64,000 nt of DNA from Candidatus Cloacimonadales bacterium (GTDB taxonomy: Bacteria > Cloacimonadota > Cloacimonadia > Cloacimonadales > JAFGVF01). Every line of letters begins with the position of its first letter. Position 1 is the stretch's first letter. Made by a program: the position numbers and the translations under genes. This document shows, piece after piece, positions 8,838 to 19,758 of the stretch. The notes under the pieces were generated by a model. That model did no database searches. It saw only the letters and a program-made list of their open reading frames with translations, and had not been told where the DNA came from. The stretch is from assembly GCA_963662585.1 (NCBI GenBank), contig OY759729.1, positions 224,001 through 288,000 of the forward strand, given 5' to 3'.

Positions 8838-11321
8838 CTAGTCCTCTATTACATCATCTGGAATAATTATCTTTTCTCTAATTATCGAGAAACTTGAAGT
8901 CTCTTCTCTGGCAATATTAAATACTTCAGCAAGAATATCAAAAATATTTATTCCAATAAGTTTTTTGGTTATTAACAAACCATCTGGTAAAATTTGAAGC
9001 TTTTCAATATTAGCTTTGATATCAAGTTCTACTACTTTTTTCTTTTTCTCTTTAGAAATTATCCAATTTGAAGCCAATTCATACTTCTTAACACCTTCAA
9101 TAATATTCAAAGAAAACTTTTCATCAGGAATAACGTTGATAGATTCAGAGCTAATGGCATCTAAATTTCGTTTATCGTTTTTAGTAAGAAGTATCACTTT
9201 GAAGATTTCTAATTCTTCATTATTAATAAAGGAGAATGCTTTAAGAATGTCCTCACACTGGTAATTTGTATTTGATTGAATTTCGAAAAATTCATTAAGT
9301 CCTTCCATACCAAGTGGTAAAGGAGGAGCAAGTTTAATTTTAGGATGATGATTAAATCCTTGAGTATAAATAACATGTAAGTTACTCTTTCTAACGATTC
9401 TATAAATCATTCTCATCATATCAAGGTGACCAACGAATTTCAATACACCTACTTTTTTATAATAGACCCGATAATAATTTCTTGGAGCAGTATCACTATA
9501 TGGTTCTTGGGCATTATTTTCTAAAATTAGATCATCTGGTAATTTTGAGAAAGTATTCTTACCAATAGTTACCTTATGATCAGAGTCACAGACTCCACAG
9601 TTAGTACAATAAGTAAGACAGCCTTCGGTAGTTTCTCCCACTTGAGCTTTCTCATTCTCACTAATGAAGAAATCTTGAGAGATATTCATATCTACCTTAC
9701 TCCAAGGAAGCTCTTTTCCTTGTTGGAAGCCATTAATAAATTGATGATAATCAATATTTAGTTCTGCGAAAGTCTTTTGCCATTTACTGAAATCAAAGAA
9801 CTCACGCCAGCCGTCGAAGTAACAACCATTCTCGTAGCCTCTAACTAGCAACTCATTGAGAGAGCTATCTCCACGAGCGAAAACAGCTTCTAAGAGTGAA
9901 CTTTCTATTTCATGATACTTTATTTTAATAAACTTATATTTTGAGAAAGCATGTTTTATTTTGAGAGCCCTAGCTAAGAGGTTATCTCTTTCTAACATAG
10001 GAGCCCACTGGAAGGGAGTATGTGGCTTGGGAACAAAAGGAGAAATAGTTACATTAATACTTAGCTTTTTGCCAGCTTTAGCTTTAATTTTCTCAATAAG
10101 TTCTATTATAGCATCAATATCTCCTTCTTCTTCATAAGGTAAACCAATCATAAAGTAGAGTTTAACTAATTGCCAATTAAATCTTAGAGCTGTATCTATA
10201 CCTTCTAAAATCTCTTCTTCTGAGATATTTTTATTAATAATATTTCTTAATCTTTGAGAGCCAGCTTCCGGAGCAATAGTTAATCCAGGCTTGCCTAGGC
10301 TTTCTATAAGAGTTATTAAAGAATCATCAAGAGTATCAACTCTTAATGACGGCAAGGAAACTTTTGTTTCTGAAGAACCTAAACGCTTCTTCATTTCAAC
10401 TAAAAGCGGTTTTATGCAGAAATAATCAGAAGATGATAAAGAAGAAAGATTGACTTCCTCCCAACCATTGTCTCTAATTTCTGTGAGCATATCGGAAAGA
10501 ATATCTTGGGCATTTCTTTCTCGGACAGGACGATAGAAGTATCCAGCATGACAGAATCTACAGCCACGAGAGCAACCTCTCATTATTTCTGCTACATAGC
10601 GATCATGAGTAGCTTGTTGCCAAGCTATCAGTTGATTATCGTGTTTTGCTGTATTTTTAGAGAAGTCCCAGTATTTTCTAATCATAACTTTTTCTTGATT
10701 TGCAGAAGGAACAAACCAACCAGGTAGCTTAGCCAGCTCTGTTAAAATTAATTGCTTGCTTTCTCTTCCATGTTTAGCAATTAAATCTTTAATTTCTAAG
10801 ATAGCCTCTTCCCCTTCACCAATCAAAATAGCATCGAATATTTTATCTAGAGGAGCTGGGTTCGTAATACTTGGTCCACCACCAATAATTAGCGGGAAAT
10901 CATCTCTGTCTTTAGCATAATAAGGAATTTGAGCTAAATCTAATACATAGATTATATTACTAAAATTCAATTCAGATTGAAGGGTGAATCCTAATAAATC
11001 AAAATCTTTTAATGCTACTTTACTCTCAAGAGCAAATAGAGGTTTATTATTACTTTTTAATAGTTCACCCATATCAGACCAAGGAGCATAGGCTCTATCT
11101 GCAATAGCATCAGGCTCTTCATTAATTATAGAATAAAGAATTTTCAAACCTAAATGAGAAAATCCTACTTCATAGAGATCTGGAAAAACAAAACAGACAT
11201 TGACTAAATCATCTGCTGGGACGACATTCTTAGAGTTTAATTCTAAACCGATATAGCGAGAAGGCTTATTCACTGAAGCTAGCAAATCACCAACTACCAC
11301 TTTTTGATATTTATTATTCAT
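8838..11321 (-). CDS. B12-binding radical SAM protein (TIGR03960-like) fused to a radical-SAM-linked domain (TIGR03936/DUF2344-like)
   Basis: KPSRYIGLE, FPDLYEVGFSHLG, RGCSRGCRFC, FVPKPHTPFQW; C-terminal FVGHLDMMR..YTQGFNHHPKI..PLPLG. Confidence 0.85.
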   Translation of the reverse strand: MNNKYQKVVVGDLLASVNKPSRYIGLELNSKNVVPADDLVNVCFVFPDLYEVGFSHLGLKILYSIINEEPDAIADRAYAPWSDMGELLKSNNKPLFALESKVALKDFDLLGFTLQSELNFSNIIYVLDLAQIPYYAKDRDDFPLIIGGGPSITNPAPLDKIFDAILIGEGEEAILEIKDLIAKHGRESKQLILTELAKLPGWFVPSANQEKVMIRKYWDFSKNTAKHDNQLIAWQQATHDRYVAEIMRGCSRGCRFCHAGYFYRPVRERNAQDILSDMLTEIRDNGWEEVNLSSLSSSDYFCIKPLLVEMKKRLGSSETKVSLPSLRVDTLDDSLITLIESLGKPGLTIAPEAGSQRLRNIINKNISEEEILEGIDTALRFNWQLVKLYFMIGLPYEEEGDIDAIIELIEKIKAKAGKKLSINVTISPFVPKPHTPFQWAPMLERDNLLARALKIKHAFSKYKFIKIKYHEIESSLLEAVFARGDSSLNELLVRGYENGCYFDGWREFFDFSKWQKTFAELNIDYHQFINGFQQGKELPWSKVDMNISQDFFISENEKAQVGETTEGCLTYCTNCGVCDSDHKVTIGKNTFSKLPDDLILENNAQEPYSDTAPRNYYRVYYKKVGVLKFVGHLDMMRMIYRIVRKSNLHVIYTQGFNHHPKIKLAPPLPLGMEGLNEFFEIQSNTNYQCEDILKAFSFINNEELEIFKVILLTKNDKRNLDAISSESINVIPDEKFSLNIIEGVKKYELASNWIISKEKKKKVVELDIKANIEKLQILPDGLLITKKLIGINIFDILAEVFNIAREETSSFSIIREKIIIPDDVIED

Positions 11322-11350
11322 ATTTTTATTTAATAACTTTCCTTAATAAT

Positions 11351-11857
11351 TTATTCGAACTGAACTAAAAATGATAATTCTCTGTTAAGAGCATTGTATG
11401 TATTCATTTTAATGCTAAATAGATTAATACCGAAGATGAATTCATTATATTCATCAGGTACTTCGGCATCAATATCTGTCTCTACAGCTCTTAGCGCATC
11501 TTTGTTTATCTTACTTGCAGCAGTTAATGCCCTAAATAAAGCATCGTAAGATTCAATAAACTGAGTATGCAGAAACTTGACTTTTATAGTTGTTGGCTTA
11601 ATTTTGATAATAGCTTGAAGATATTGCTCCAAAGAGTTTAAGTAATCTCCTTGAAGGTAATCTACTAGTTCATAAAATGCATCAGATTCATCCTGAGATA
11701 TTCGCTCTAATAAACCTTCTAATGTAGGATTAGAGACTAAATCTTGATATTGCCCCATTTCTTGAGCATAAGTTTCTAAATCAGCTTTTATACCCTGTGC
11801 CCACACTAGTGAACTAAATACTAAAATGATTATTAGTGATGATAATTTCTTTAACAT
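11351..11857 (-). CDS. Hypothetical secreted protein
   Basis: Signal-peptide-like N-terminus; start overlaps the hldD stop (TAATG). Confidence 0.6.
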   Translation of the reverse strand: MLKKLSSLIIILVFSSLVWAQGIKADLETYAQEMGQYQDLVSNPTLEGLLERISQDESDAFYELVDYLQGDYLNSLEQYLQAIIKIKPTTIKVKFLHTQFIESYDALFRALTAASKINKDALRAVETDIDAEVPDEYNEFIFGINLFSIKMNTYNALNRELSFLVQFE

Positions 11858-12825
11858 TAATATACCTTTAACCCTTTATCTAAATATTTCTGAACATAGT
11901 CCTTTACCCCATCTTCTAAGGAAGTAAAGCCTTTATCCCAGCCAGCTTCAATCAACTTTTCATTCTCTGCTTGAGTAAAGTACTGATACTTTCCTTGTAG
12001 GTGACTAGGCATTTCTATATATTCTATTTTACTTTCTTTGTTAAGAGCATGAAAAACTGCCTTCACTAAATCATTCCAACTTCTTGCTTGCCCAGTACCT
12101 ATATTATAAATACCATTAACTTGGGGATTATTAATCAACCACCAAATTATCTTAGCAACATCTTTTACATAGATAAAATCTCTTTTCTGTTCGCCATCTG
12201 CATATTCAGCATTAGCTGACTTGAAAAGCTTAACTCGTCCATCTGCTTTAATCTGATGAAATGAATTAAAAACTACACTAGTCATGGAATCTTTATGATA
12301 TTCATTTGGTCCATAGACATTAAAGAATCTTAAACTACAAACAGAATCAATCATACCTGTTTTGAGGGCAGTTTCATCCATAAATTGCTTGGAATAACCA
12401 TACATATTGAGTGGTCTATATTTTGAGATATCAGTGTGTTCATCTGAATATCCTAAAGCACCATCTCCATAGGTAGCAGCAGAACTTGCGTAGATAAATC
12501 TAACATTGTTCTCAATAGCCCATTCCATTAATATCCTAGTGTACTCTGTATTGTTTTCATAAAGATAATCTGCATCTAATTCAGTTGTTGAAGAACAAGC
12601 TCCCATGTGAATTATAGCATCTACCTGAGGAAAATTTCCTTCTAATAACTCTTCTAAAAATCTATCTTTATGAATATACTCTTCATAACTTTTACCTACT
12701 AAATTCTTCCACTTTTCTGTTTTACCCAAATTATCTACTATAACAATGTCTTCTCTACCTTTTTTATTTAAGTATGAGACCAGCACACTGCCAATAAAAC
12801 CAGCACCACCTGTTACGATAATCAT
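11857..12825 (-). CDS. hldD: ADP-L-glycero-D-manno-heptose 6-epimerase
   Basis: IIVTGGAGFIGS, HMGACSSTTE, YASSAATYG, PLNMYGYSK, FFNVYGPNEYHK. Confidence 0.93.
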   Translation of the reverse strand: MIIVTGGAGFIGSVLVSYLNKKGREDIVIVDNLGKTEKWKNLVGKSYEEYIHKDRFLEELLEGNFPQVDAIIHMGACSSTTELDADYLYENNTEYTRILMEWAIENNVRFIYASSAATYGDGALGYSDEHTDISKYRPLNMYGYSKQFMDETALKTGMIDSVCSLRFFNVYGPNEYHKDSMTSVVFNSFHQIKADGRVKLFKSANAEYADGEQKRDFIYVKDVAKIIWWLINNPQVNGIYNIGTGQARSWNDLVKAVFHALNKESKIEYIEMPSHLQGKYQYFTQAENEKLIEAGWDKGFTSLEDGVKDYVQKYLDKGLKVY

Positions 12826-12828
12826 TTC

Positions 12829-13632
12829 CTACACTCCCTTAATTTCAAAAATCAATAATAAGAAATAAAAGATTGGGGCTGATACGATTAAACTATCAAA
12901 CCTATCTATTATTCCCCCATGTCCTGGGATTAAATTAGAGCTATCTTTAACATTCATATCACGCTTAATGATTGATTCAATTAAATCGCCAAATTGGCCA
13001 AAAATACCTGCTGAAATTACAGCATAAATGATATGCCAACCCATGAACCAATTTGTTGTTAGATATATTATTAAACCAACTAAACTTGTTAAAAAAAATC
13101 CACCTAAAAAACCTTCTAAAGATTTCTTAGGACTCGCTTTGAAAATATTTCTATGCTTACCAAATTTCATTCCTACAAAATAGGCAAAAGAATCGGTTGT
13201 CCAACAAAATATTTGCAGTAATAAAACCAATCGATAATCTGGAAAATGACTTGATATTCTATAGATAGAAGCTGGCATAATTACAGTATAAACCATGGCC
13301 ATTAAGGAGAAACCTATAATAGATGCGGTGTGTTCTATCTTATTCATTATGACATTATTACCTGCTACGATAATAAATGTACCGATTATTGCAAAATTGA
13401 TATATTCAAATCCCTTAACCGCACAGAGCAAGAAAACGGGTATTGATAATGGTATCAACAAGACTGGGATATAGTAATTTTTACCTTCTTTAATAATATT
13501 ACGCATTTCCCACATAGCCGCAAAACTGATTAAGCCTAATAATACTAATAATGGAGTTCCACCAAAATAGTAGACCACTAAAAGTAAGGGAATAAAAATT
13601 ATCGAAACAATAACTCTTTTGAATAGTTCCAT
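12829..13632 (-). CDS. cdsA: Phosphatidate cytidylyltransferase
   Basis: SPKKSLEG and GDLIESIIKRDMNVKDSSNLIPGHGGIIDRFDS signature. Confidence 0.93.
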   Translation of the reverse strand: MELFKRVIVSIIFIPLLLVVYYFGGTPLLVLLGLISFAAMWEMRNIIKEGKNYYIPVLLIPLSIPVFLLCAVKGFEYINFAIIGTFIIVAGNNVIMNKIEHTASIIGFSLMAMVYTVIMPASIYRISSHFPDYRLVLLLQIFCWTTDSFAYFVGMKFGKHRNIFKASPKKSLEGFLGGFFLTSLVGLIIYLTTNWFMGWHIIYAVISAGIFGQFGDLIESIIKRDMNVKDSSNLIPGHGGIIDRFDSLIVSAPIFYFLLLIFEIKGV

Positions 13633-14369
13633 TATACAGCTCCAAAGCGTCTATCGCGGTTTTGATAATCAATAATTGCCTGCATTAATAACTCTTTACT
13701 AAAATCAGGCCACAATTCATCTGTGAACCAAAGTTCAGTATAAGCGTTTTGCCACAGTAAATAATTTGATAATCTCATTTCTCCACTAGTCCTAATCAGT
13801 AATTCAGGATCAGGTACTCCAGCTGTATAAAGATAAGAAGAGAAGATATCTTCAGTAATGGCAGAATCAGTCAATTTACCATCTAATCTATCTTGCACTA
13901 TCTTCTCAACTGCATCAAGAATCTCTCTTCTTGAACCATAGTTTATAGCTATCAAAACAGTTAAACCGGTATTATTCTCTGACTTAGCACATGCTTTTTC
14001 AATCTCTTGAACAAAAGATGCTTCTAAGTTATGCCTTGAGCCTATCAATTTAAGTTTAACATTGTTTTTTATTAACTCATCAAACTCTTTTATTAAAGTA
14101 TTTATAATTAGCTTAAATAGTCCAGATATTTCAGTTTTAGGCCTACTCCAATTCTCAGTTGAAAAAGTATAGAGGGTTAAATATTTCACACCTAACTCAT
14201 GACATCCCTCAATGGTTCTTCTAACAGCTTCAGCACCATGTTTATGTCCATAAAGTCTATTTTGCAGGCGTTTCTTAGCCCATCTACCATTTCCATCCAT
14301 GATGACAGCAATATGCTTAGGAACTCGACTTTTATCTATTCTGTCCATTAATTCAATATACTTTTCCAT
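13632..14369 (-). CDS. uppS: Undecaprenyl diphosphate synthase
   Basis: HIAVIMDGNGRWA, FSTENWSRP, IRTSGEMRLSNYLLWQ. Confidence 0.95.
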   Translation of the reverse strand: MEKYIELMDRIDKSRVPKHIAVIMDGNGRWAKKRLQNRLYGHKHGAEAVRRTIEGCHELGVKYLTLYTFSTENWSRPKTEISGLFKLIINTLIKEFDELIKNNVKLKLIGSRHNLEASFVQEIEKACAKSENNTGLTVLIAINYGSRREILDAVEKIVQDRLDGKLTDSAITEDIFSSYLYTAGVPDPELLIRTSGEMRLSNYLLWQNAYTELWFTDELWPDFSKELLMQAIIDYQNRDRRFGAV

Positions 14370-15482
14370 TAATCACTCTCCGCATTTAGTTTTAAGTAGG
14401 CATTCATAAAATCATTTAACTCGCCATCCATTACCTTTTCAGTATTTCCGATTTCAAAATTAGTTCTATGATCTTTAACCATTTGATAAGGATGAAAAAC
14501 ATAAGAACGGATTTGATTGCCCCAACCGATATCTGATTTAGTGACTTCTTCTGCTTCTCGTTCCTTCTGTCTTTCAGCTTCATAATGTTCAAAAAGTCGT
14601 GATTTCAAGATAATCATAGCCTTTTCACGATTTTGGATTTGAGATCTTTGGTTTTGACAGGAAACTACAATATTGGTTGGTAAATGGGTAATTCTTACAG
14701 CAGAATCAGTAGTATTAACATGCTGTCCACCAGCACCACTTGCTCGATAAGTATCTATTTTTAAATCTTTTTGATTAATCTCAACTTCAATATCATCCAT
14801 AATCTCTGCATAGGCATATACAGAAGCAAAAGATGTTTGCCTTTTACCTTGAGCATTGAAAGGAGAAATTCTAACTAACCTATGAATACCAATTTCAGAT
14901 TTAAGATAGCCATAAGCAAAATCTCCAGAAATTTCTAAGGAGGCTGTTTTTATACCAGCTTCATCACCGGAAATATAATCTACTATTTCATATTTGAAAC
15001 CATTCTTCTCACACCAACGAGTGTACATCCTTAAAAGCATTTCAGCCCAATCTTGGGATTCTGTACCACCAGCTCCTGGATGAATGCTCAAGATAGCATT
15101 ATTCCTATCAAAGTTCCCACTTAGAAGAAGCTCTACTTCCATTTTGTCTATTTCTGGAGTAATAGTTACTAAGAATTCCCCTGCTTCATTAATAAGTTCT
15201 GAAGATGAACCCGATTCTTCTTCTATCATTAGAAAGTAGGTATCAATGTCATCATAAATAGTGTTAATTCTTTTAATTTGATCAAGTTTACTCTTGAGTT
15301 GTGAAAGTTCTTTAGTTGTTTTTCGGGCTGTTTCCTGATCATTCCAAAAGTCAGGATTATTCATTAAAGCCTCTAACTTGCTTATTGCTTGCTCAGTCTG
15401 AGACTGGTCAAAGCAACCTCCGCATGTGAGTTATTTTCTCTTGAATATCTTCCTTCATTTTCTTAAGTTCAAAAATCTCCAT
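14369..15482 (-). CDS. prfB: Peptide chain release factor 2, translated via a programmed +1 frameshift (about 370 aa)
   Basis: ATG at 15482 gives 24 codons (MEIFELKK..MRRLL), then CTT-TGA-C at 15413-15407. The +1 frame continues DQSQTE.. into the ORF carrying SPF and GGQ motifs. Confidence 0.95.
15407..15421 (-). promoter_or_regulatory. prfB autoregulatory frameshift site
   Basis: GGAGG-TTG-CTT-TGA-C: internal SD-like sequence 3 nt before the slippery CTT and the in-frame UGA. Confidence 0.95.
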
Positions 15483-15645
15483 TAATTACTCCCGAATTAT
15501 TCTTTTTAATACATTATTTTCGTTATATATAATTAGTCAAGATTTTAAATAATAACTGCAATAGCAAATATTACTAAGCCCTAAATATATTTTTATTCAG
15601 CTAGGCAATTTTGTGTTGATTTAAGTGAAACTATAATTCTGTATT

Positions 15646-16944
15646 CTAAGAAGTAAGGTTTTTTTGAGGAACTGTCTTAATATGTAAATCTCTTTGCGGG
15701 AAGGGAATCTCAATATTATTAGCTTGAAAGGCATCCCAAATCTCGATAAGCAAGTCACTCTTCACATTCATAACCCCTTTCTGAGGGTCATTAATCCAAA
15801 ATTGAACTTTAAAATTAACTGATGAATCACCAAATTCTACCAATTGTACAAGAGCTTTAGGCCTTTTAAGTATCCTATCTATCTTTTTAGCAGATTCCTC
15901 CATTAGCCCCATAACTTTATGAATATCGGAACTGTAAGAGACCCCAACATCAACCGATTGCCTCACAAGCTTATTAGAATGAGACCAATTAATTACTTGG
16001 TTAGAGATGAAATATTCATTTGGGACAAGATGTTCTTTCCCTTCGATGGTAACAATGGAAGTATAACGGGAGCCCATGACTTTAACTGTTCCAAATTGGT
16101 CAGCAACTTCAATAATATCGCCAGGCTTAAGAGAGTTATCTAAGAGTAGAGTTACTCCACTAATCAGATTAGCGACTATTTTCTGAAGACCAAAACCAAT
16201 ACCGACACCCAGGGCGGAAGTGAACAAGGCTAGGGAGCCTAAATCAACTCCGAGTACATTAATAAAAAGAATTGTAGCAAAGACAAAGACCAAGACATTC
16301 ATTACTTTAAGCATTAGGACTTTTATAGTAGGATTTAAATCTTCCGACTGCTCAATCCTTTGTCCAATAAAAGCTAATAGAAGGGAGGCTATTTTAAAAA
16401 TAACTCCGAAATAGATAATACTTCTTATAATACCATAAATTGAAATTTTAATCCCAGAAATAGTTACCGCGATAGTATCTAAAAGAATTGCGGTATCTGA
16501 GTATAGGTTAAGAACATTTAAAATTATTATTATCCAGGCACTATAGGTAAGTACCTTCTTGAACATATTATTTTTTATCATCCTAGAAACAACTTTTATA
16601 GCCACCCATAAATAGAGAATAATATAAATTTGTTCTATGATCGGAAGTGCAATATTAGCATATTTAAAGGATTCTGCAATGAAGGATAAGAGAAGAGCTA
16701 ATGTGAGTTTCTTATAAACAGGAAAAAGTGAATCATAGATAATACTTCCAGCTTGACTCTTTCTGATTCTATAATAGTTTTTCTTGATTCCCTTACTGAT
16801 TAATCTATTAAGAAAGAAAGTTCCAATAACGAATACAAGCAGTATTATCAATTGTAAGATAATATTGCTTCCCTTGTAAGGTTCAATTATTGAGACAGCT
16901 TTTGCTACTAAAAAAGTATTGAGTTTATCTAAAAATTGATCCAT
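15646..16944 (-). CDS. Small-conductance mechanosensitive channel family protein
   Basis: GVGIGFGLQKIVANLISG, VPNEYF..VINWS, FGDSSVNF, IEIPFPQRDLH. Confidence 0.9.
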   Translation of the reverse strand: MDQFLDKLNTFLVAKAVSIIEPYKGSNIILQLIILLVFVIGTFFLNRLISKGIKKNYYRIRKSQAGSIIYDSLFPVYKKLTLALLLSFIAESFKYANIALPIIEQIYIILYLWVAIKVVSRMIKNNMFKKVLTYSAWIIIILNVLNLYSDTAILLDTIAVTISGIKISIYGIIRSIIYFGVIFKIASLLLAFIGQRIEQSEDLNPTIKVLMLKVMNVLVFVFATILFINVLGVDLGSLALFTSALGVGIGFGLQKIVANLISGVTLLLDNSLKPGDIIEVADQFGTVKVMGSRYTSIVTIEGKEHLVPNEYFISNQVINWSHSNKLVRQSVDVGVSYSSDIHKVMGLMEESAKKIDRILKRPKALVQLVEFGDSSVNFKVQFWINDPQKGVMNVKSDLLIEIWDAFQANNIEIPFPQRDLHIKTVPQKNLTS

Positions 16945-16952
16945 ATTAAAAC

Positions 16953-17624
16953 CTATTTAATCCCTTCCACTATACCATTCTTGTTATATTCAAATCTATA
17001 TTCATAAAGAACATTACCATTATTATATATATTTTTTGTCTCGATATTATCGCTTTTATCATAATTATATTGATATTCAGCCTTACTATCTAACCAAACT
17101 ATCTTCTCAATTAAGTTCTTATTGTTATATTTCACTTGGCCAGCATATACTACTGATCTACCTAAGATTTTAAAGTTATCATAGGTTATGTTGAAAGGCA
17201 ATACTTGAAAATTTGTAGGCAAACCACTTTCATTATAAGAAATATCAAATTTAATCAAATCACCATTATTGGAGAAAGTATATTGTTTAGCATTGGCACT
17301 TGAAGTAATATTTATTTCTTTCCACTGTTTATTGATATTAAAAATGTACTTATTCAACTCTTGAAAAGAATTAGCAATTGATGAATAAGATATTATTTTG
17401 AAGACCTTTCCCTTATTATAGAAAATTTGATAGTACTCTTTATTCTCTAGATTGCTTTTAGATATTTCATTAACACCTGAGAAAGTGAGATCATTATTTA
17501 CTTTTAGAAATTCAAAATAGCGTTGGAATACTTCCTCTTCACTTTTTTGATTATCTTCAATTTTGCTACAGCCTATAAAGAGAAAAATCATTAAAGAAAC
17601 TAACAGTAATATCCTAAATTTCAT
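16953..17624 (-). CDS. Hypothetical lipoprotein
   Basis: Lipobox-like LFIGC after a hydrophobic stretch; GGAG SD upstream. Confidence 0.6.
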   Translation of the reverse strand: MKFRILLLVSLMIFLFIGCSKIEDNQKSEEEVFQRYFEFLKVNNDLTFSGVNEISKSNLENKEYYQIFYNKGKVFKIISYSSIANSFQELNKYIFNINKQWKEINITSSANAKQYTFSNNGDLIKFDISYNESGLPTNFQVLPFNITYDNFKILGRSVVYAGQVKYNNKNLIEKIVWLDSKAEYQYNYDKSDNIETKNIYNNGNVLYEYRFEYNKNGIVEGIK

Positions 17625-17666
17625 TTTGACTCCCTTATAAAAATATGTTTAGTGCTTTATAAATAG

Positions 17667-17695
17667 ACTTTATCTAACAATATTTATTTTGTCAA
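17667..17695 (-). promoter_or_regulatory. Putative sigma70 promoter
   Basis: TTGACA (17695-17690), 17 nt, TAAAGT (17672-17667). Confidence 0.5.
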
Positions 17696-17784
17696 TAGCA
17701 AAAGTATATTTCTTAAATAATTATCTTCAATTTTCTTTTCTCATTGTAATAATACAGATAATATCCGAGTAGATTATAAGGTAT

Positions 17785-19173
17785 TTACTTCTTTTCCCAC
17801 TTTGTACCATCTTTTGTATCAAGTAATTGAATTCCTACTTTAAGAAGTTCATCTCTGATTTGATCTGATAATGACCAGTTCTTATCTTGTTTAGCATTAT
17901 TACGAAGATCTATTAAGACTTTTAAAAGCTTTTCAGATAATTCACCTAAATCATTAGATAGTTGAGCTTTTAAATCTTTAAAGAAGCCTAAAACTCCACC
18001 TAATTCTACTAGCAAATCTGCAGACTCTTGTCTGATACTCATATCTTCTTTTGTAGATTTAATTACTCTAACCAAATCAAACATAACTGAAAGTGCTTTA
18101 GCTGTATTAAAGTCATCATCCATAGCAGTAATAAAGTCATTTTTGAGCTTTTGAGTTGATTCAGAATATTCTTTTTTCTCAGCAGAGACTTGATAGTTCA
18201 CAGATTTCAAGGCAGTATAAAAGTTCTTAACAGCAGTTTCTGATTCTTGCATTATCTCTCTATTGAAGTCTATAGGAGAACGGTAATGCTTGGATAAGAA
18301 GAAGAATCTTATTGCTTCTGCATCATACTCTTTAAGAATATCTCGAGCAGTAAAGAAGTTATTAAGACTCTTAGACATCTTTTCTCCTTCGATATTAATA
18401 AAACCATTATGCATCCAGTAGTTTGCTAAGGGTTTATGGGATAGAACTTCAGCTTGAGCATTTTCATTCTCATGATGAGGGAATACTAAATCAACTCCAC
18501 CACCATGAATATCAAAGTTATCGCTTTTCAGATACTTCTGAGATAAGACAACACACTCCGAGTGCCAACCAGGTCTTCCCTCTCCCCAAGGTGAAGCCCA
18601 TACAGGTTCTCCTGCTTTTGCTTTTTTCCAAAGAGTGAAATCAGCAGGATGTCTCTTATTAAGATTAGTTTCTACTCTTGCGCCAGCTTTTTGATCATCA
18701 ATCTTCTTTCCTGATAATTTGCCATAATCTTTAAAACTCTCAACTGAGAAATAAACATCACCATCAACTTCATAAGCAAAATCTTCTTTCTCAAGTTTTT
18801 TAATTAACTTAATAATTTCGCCTATAACTTCAGATGCTTTAGGCTGAAAATCAGGTTTTCTAATTCCTAGTTTTTCCGTATCTTCACTAAAGGCAGCAAT
18901 ATATTTTTTGGCAACTTGCTGAAAACTTGAGTTATCTTCTATTGCTTTATTAATAATTTTATCATCTATATCTGTTAAGTTCTGAACATAGGTCACTTGC
19001 ATTCCTCTGAATTCAAAGTAGTTTCTAACTACATCAAAAAAGACAAAAGGACGGGCATTACCGATATGAAAATAGTTATATACAGTAGGACCACAGACAT
19101 ACATTTTAACTTTATTTGATTCAATTGGGATAAATTCTTCTTTTTTTCTATTTAAGGTATTATATATTTTCAT
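17785..19173 (-). CDS. cysS: Cysteine--tRNA ligase
   Basis: YVCGPTVY..HIGNAR, GRPGWHSEC, DIHGGG.DL.FPHHENE, KMSKS. Confidence 0.97.
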   Translation of the reverse strand: MKIYNTLNRKKEEFIPIESNKVKMYVCGPTVYNYFHIGNARPFVFFDVVRNYFEFRGMQVTYVQNLTDIDDKIINKAIEDNSSFQQVAKKYIAAFSEDTEKLGIRKPDFQPKASEVIGEIIKLIKKLEKEDFAYEVDGDVYFSVESFKDYGKLSGKKIDDQKAGARVETNLNKRHPADFTLWKKAKAGEPVWASPWGEGRPGWHSECVVLSQKYLKSDNFDIHGGGVDLVFPHHENENAQAEVLSHKPLANYWMHNGFINIEGEKMSKSLNNFFTARDILKEYDAEAIRFFFLSKHYRSPIDFNREIMQESETAVKNFYTALKSVNYQVSAEKKEYSESTQKLKNDFITAMDDDFNTAKALSVMFDLVRVIKSTKEDMSIRQESADLLVELGGVLGFFKDLKAQLSNDLGELSEKLLKVLIDLRNNAKQDKNWSLSDQIRDELLKVGIQLLDTKDGTKWEKK

Positions 19174-19212
19174 TTCCTCTCCTTCACACTACTAGGCTAA
19201 TTAGCTAGCAAA

Positions 19213-19758
19213 CTAAAGACTTTTATTATATTCAAGGATGGTAAGTGTAGCCATCTTTTTATCGCATTTATAAGTGACCATCTCGGCATATTCAGCAGGA
19301 ATTGCTTCTTTACGAGAATGTTCAATAAGAATAGCTCCATTTTCAGCTAAAAGTTCTTGATCTATAATTAATTTTATGGTTGGAGCTATTAACCCTTTAT
19401 CATAGGGCGGATCAATTAAGATAAGATCAAATTTATCTTCACACTTCTTTAAAAAGTTGAGAACATTGCGTTTATGTATTCTACAGATTTCGCTTGTCTT
19501 GGTTTTTTCTACATTAGCAAACAAAGCTTGGAGAGCATTATTTGACATTTCAACAAAATCAGCTGTTCCTGCACCTCTACTTAGAGCTTCTAAGCCTAGA
19601 GCTCCTGTTCCTGCAAAGAGATCTAAGACTTTCTTTCCATTTAAATCTTGATAGACTGAGAAGATATATTCCCGAAAGTAGTCAGTTGTAGGTCTTGTAC
19701 TTTTACCTGCAACAGAAAAGATATTCATTCCCTTGAACTTTCCAGCTATGATTCTCAT
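19213..19758 (-). CDS. rsmD: 16S rRNA m2G966 methyltransferase
   Basis: MRIIAGKFKG, TRPT, LDLFAGTGALGLEALSRGA, DPPY. Confidence 0.93.
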   Translation of the reverse strand: MRIIAGKFKGMNIFSVAGKSTRPTTDYFREYIFSVYQDLNGKKVLDLFAGTGALGLEALSRGAGTADFVEMSNNALQALFANVEKTKTSEICRIHKRNVLNFLKKCEDKFDLILIDPPYDKGLIAPTIKLIIDQELLAENGAILIEHSRKEAIPAEYAEMVTYKCDKKMATLTILEYNKSL

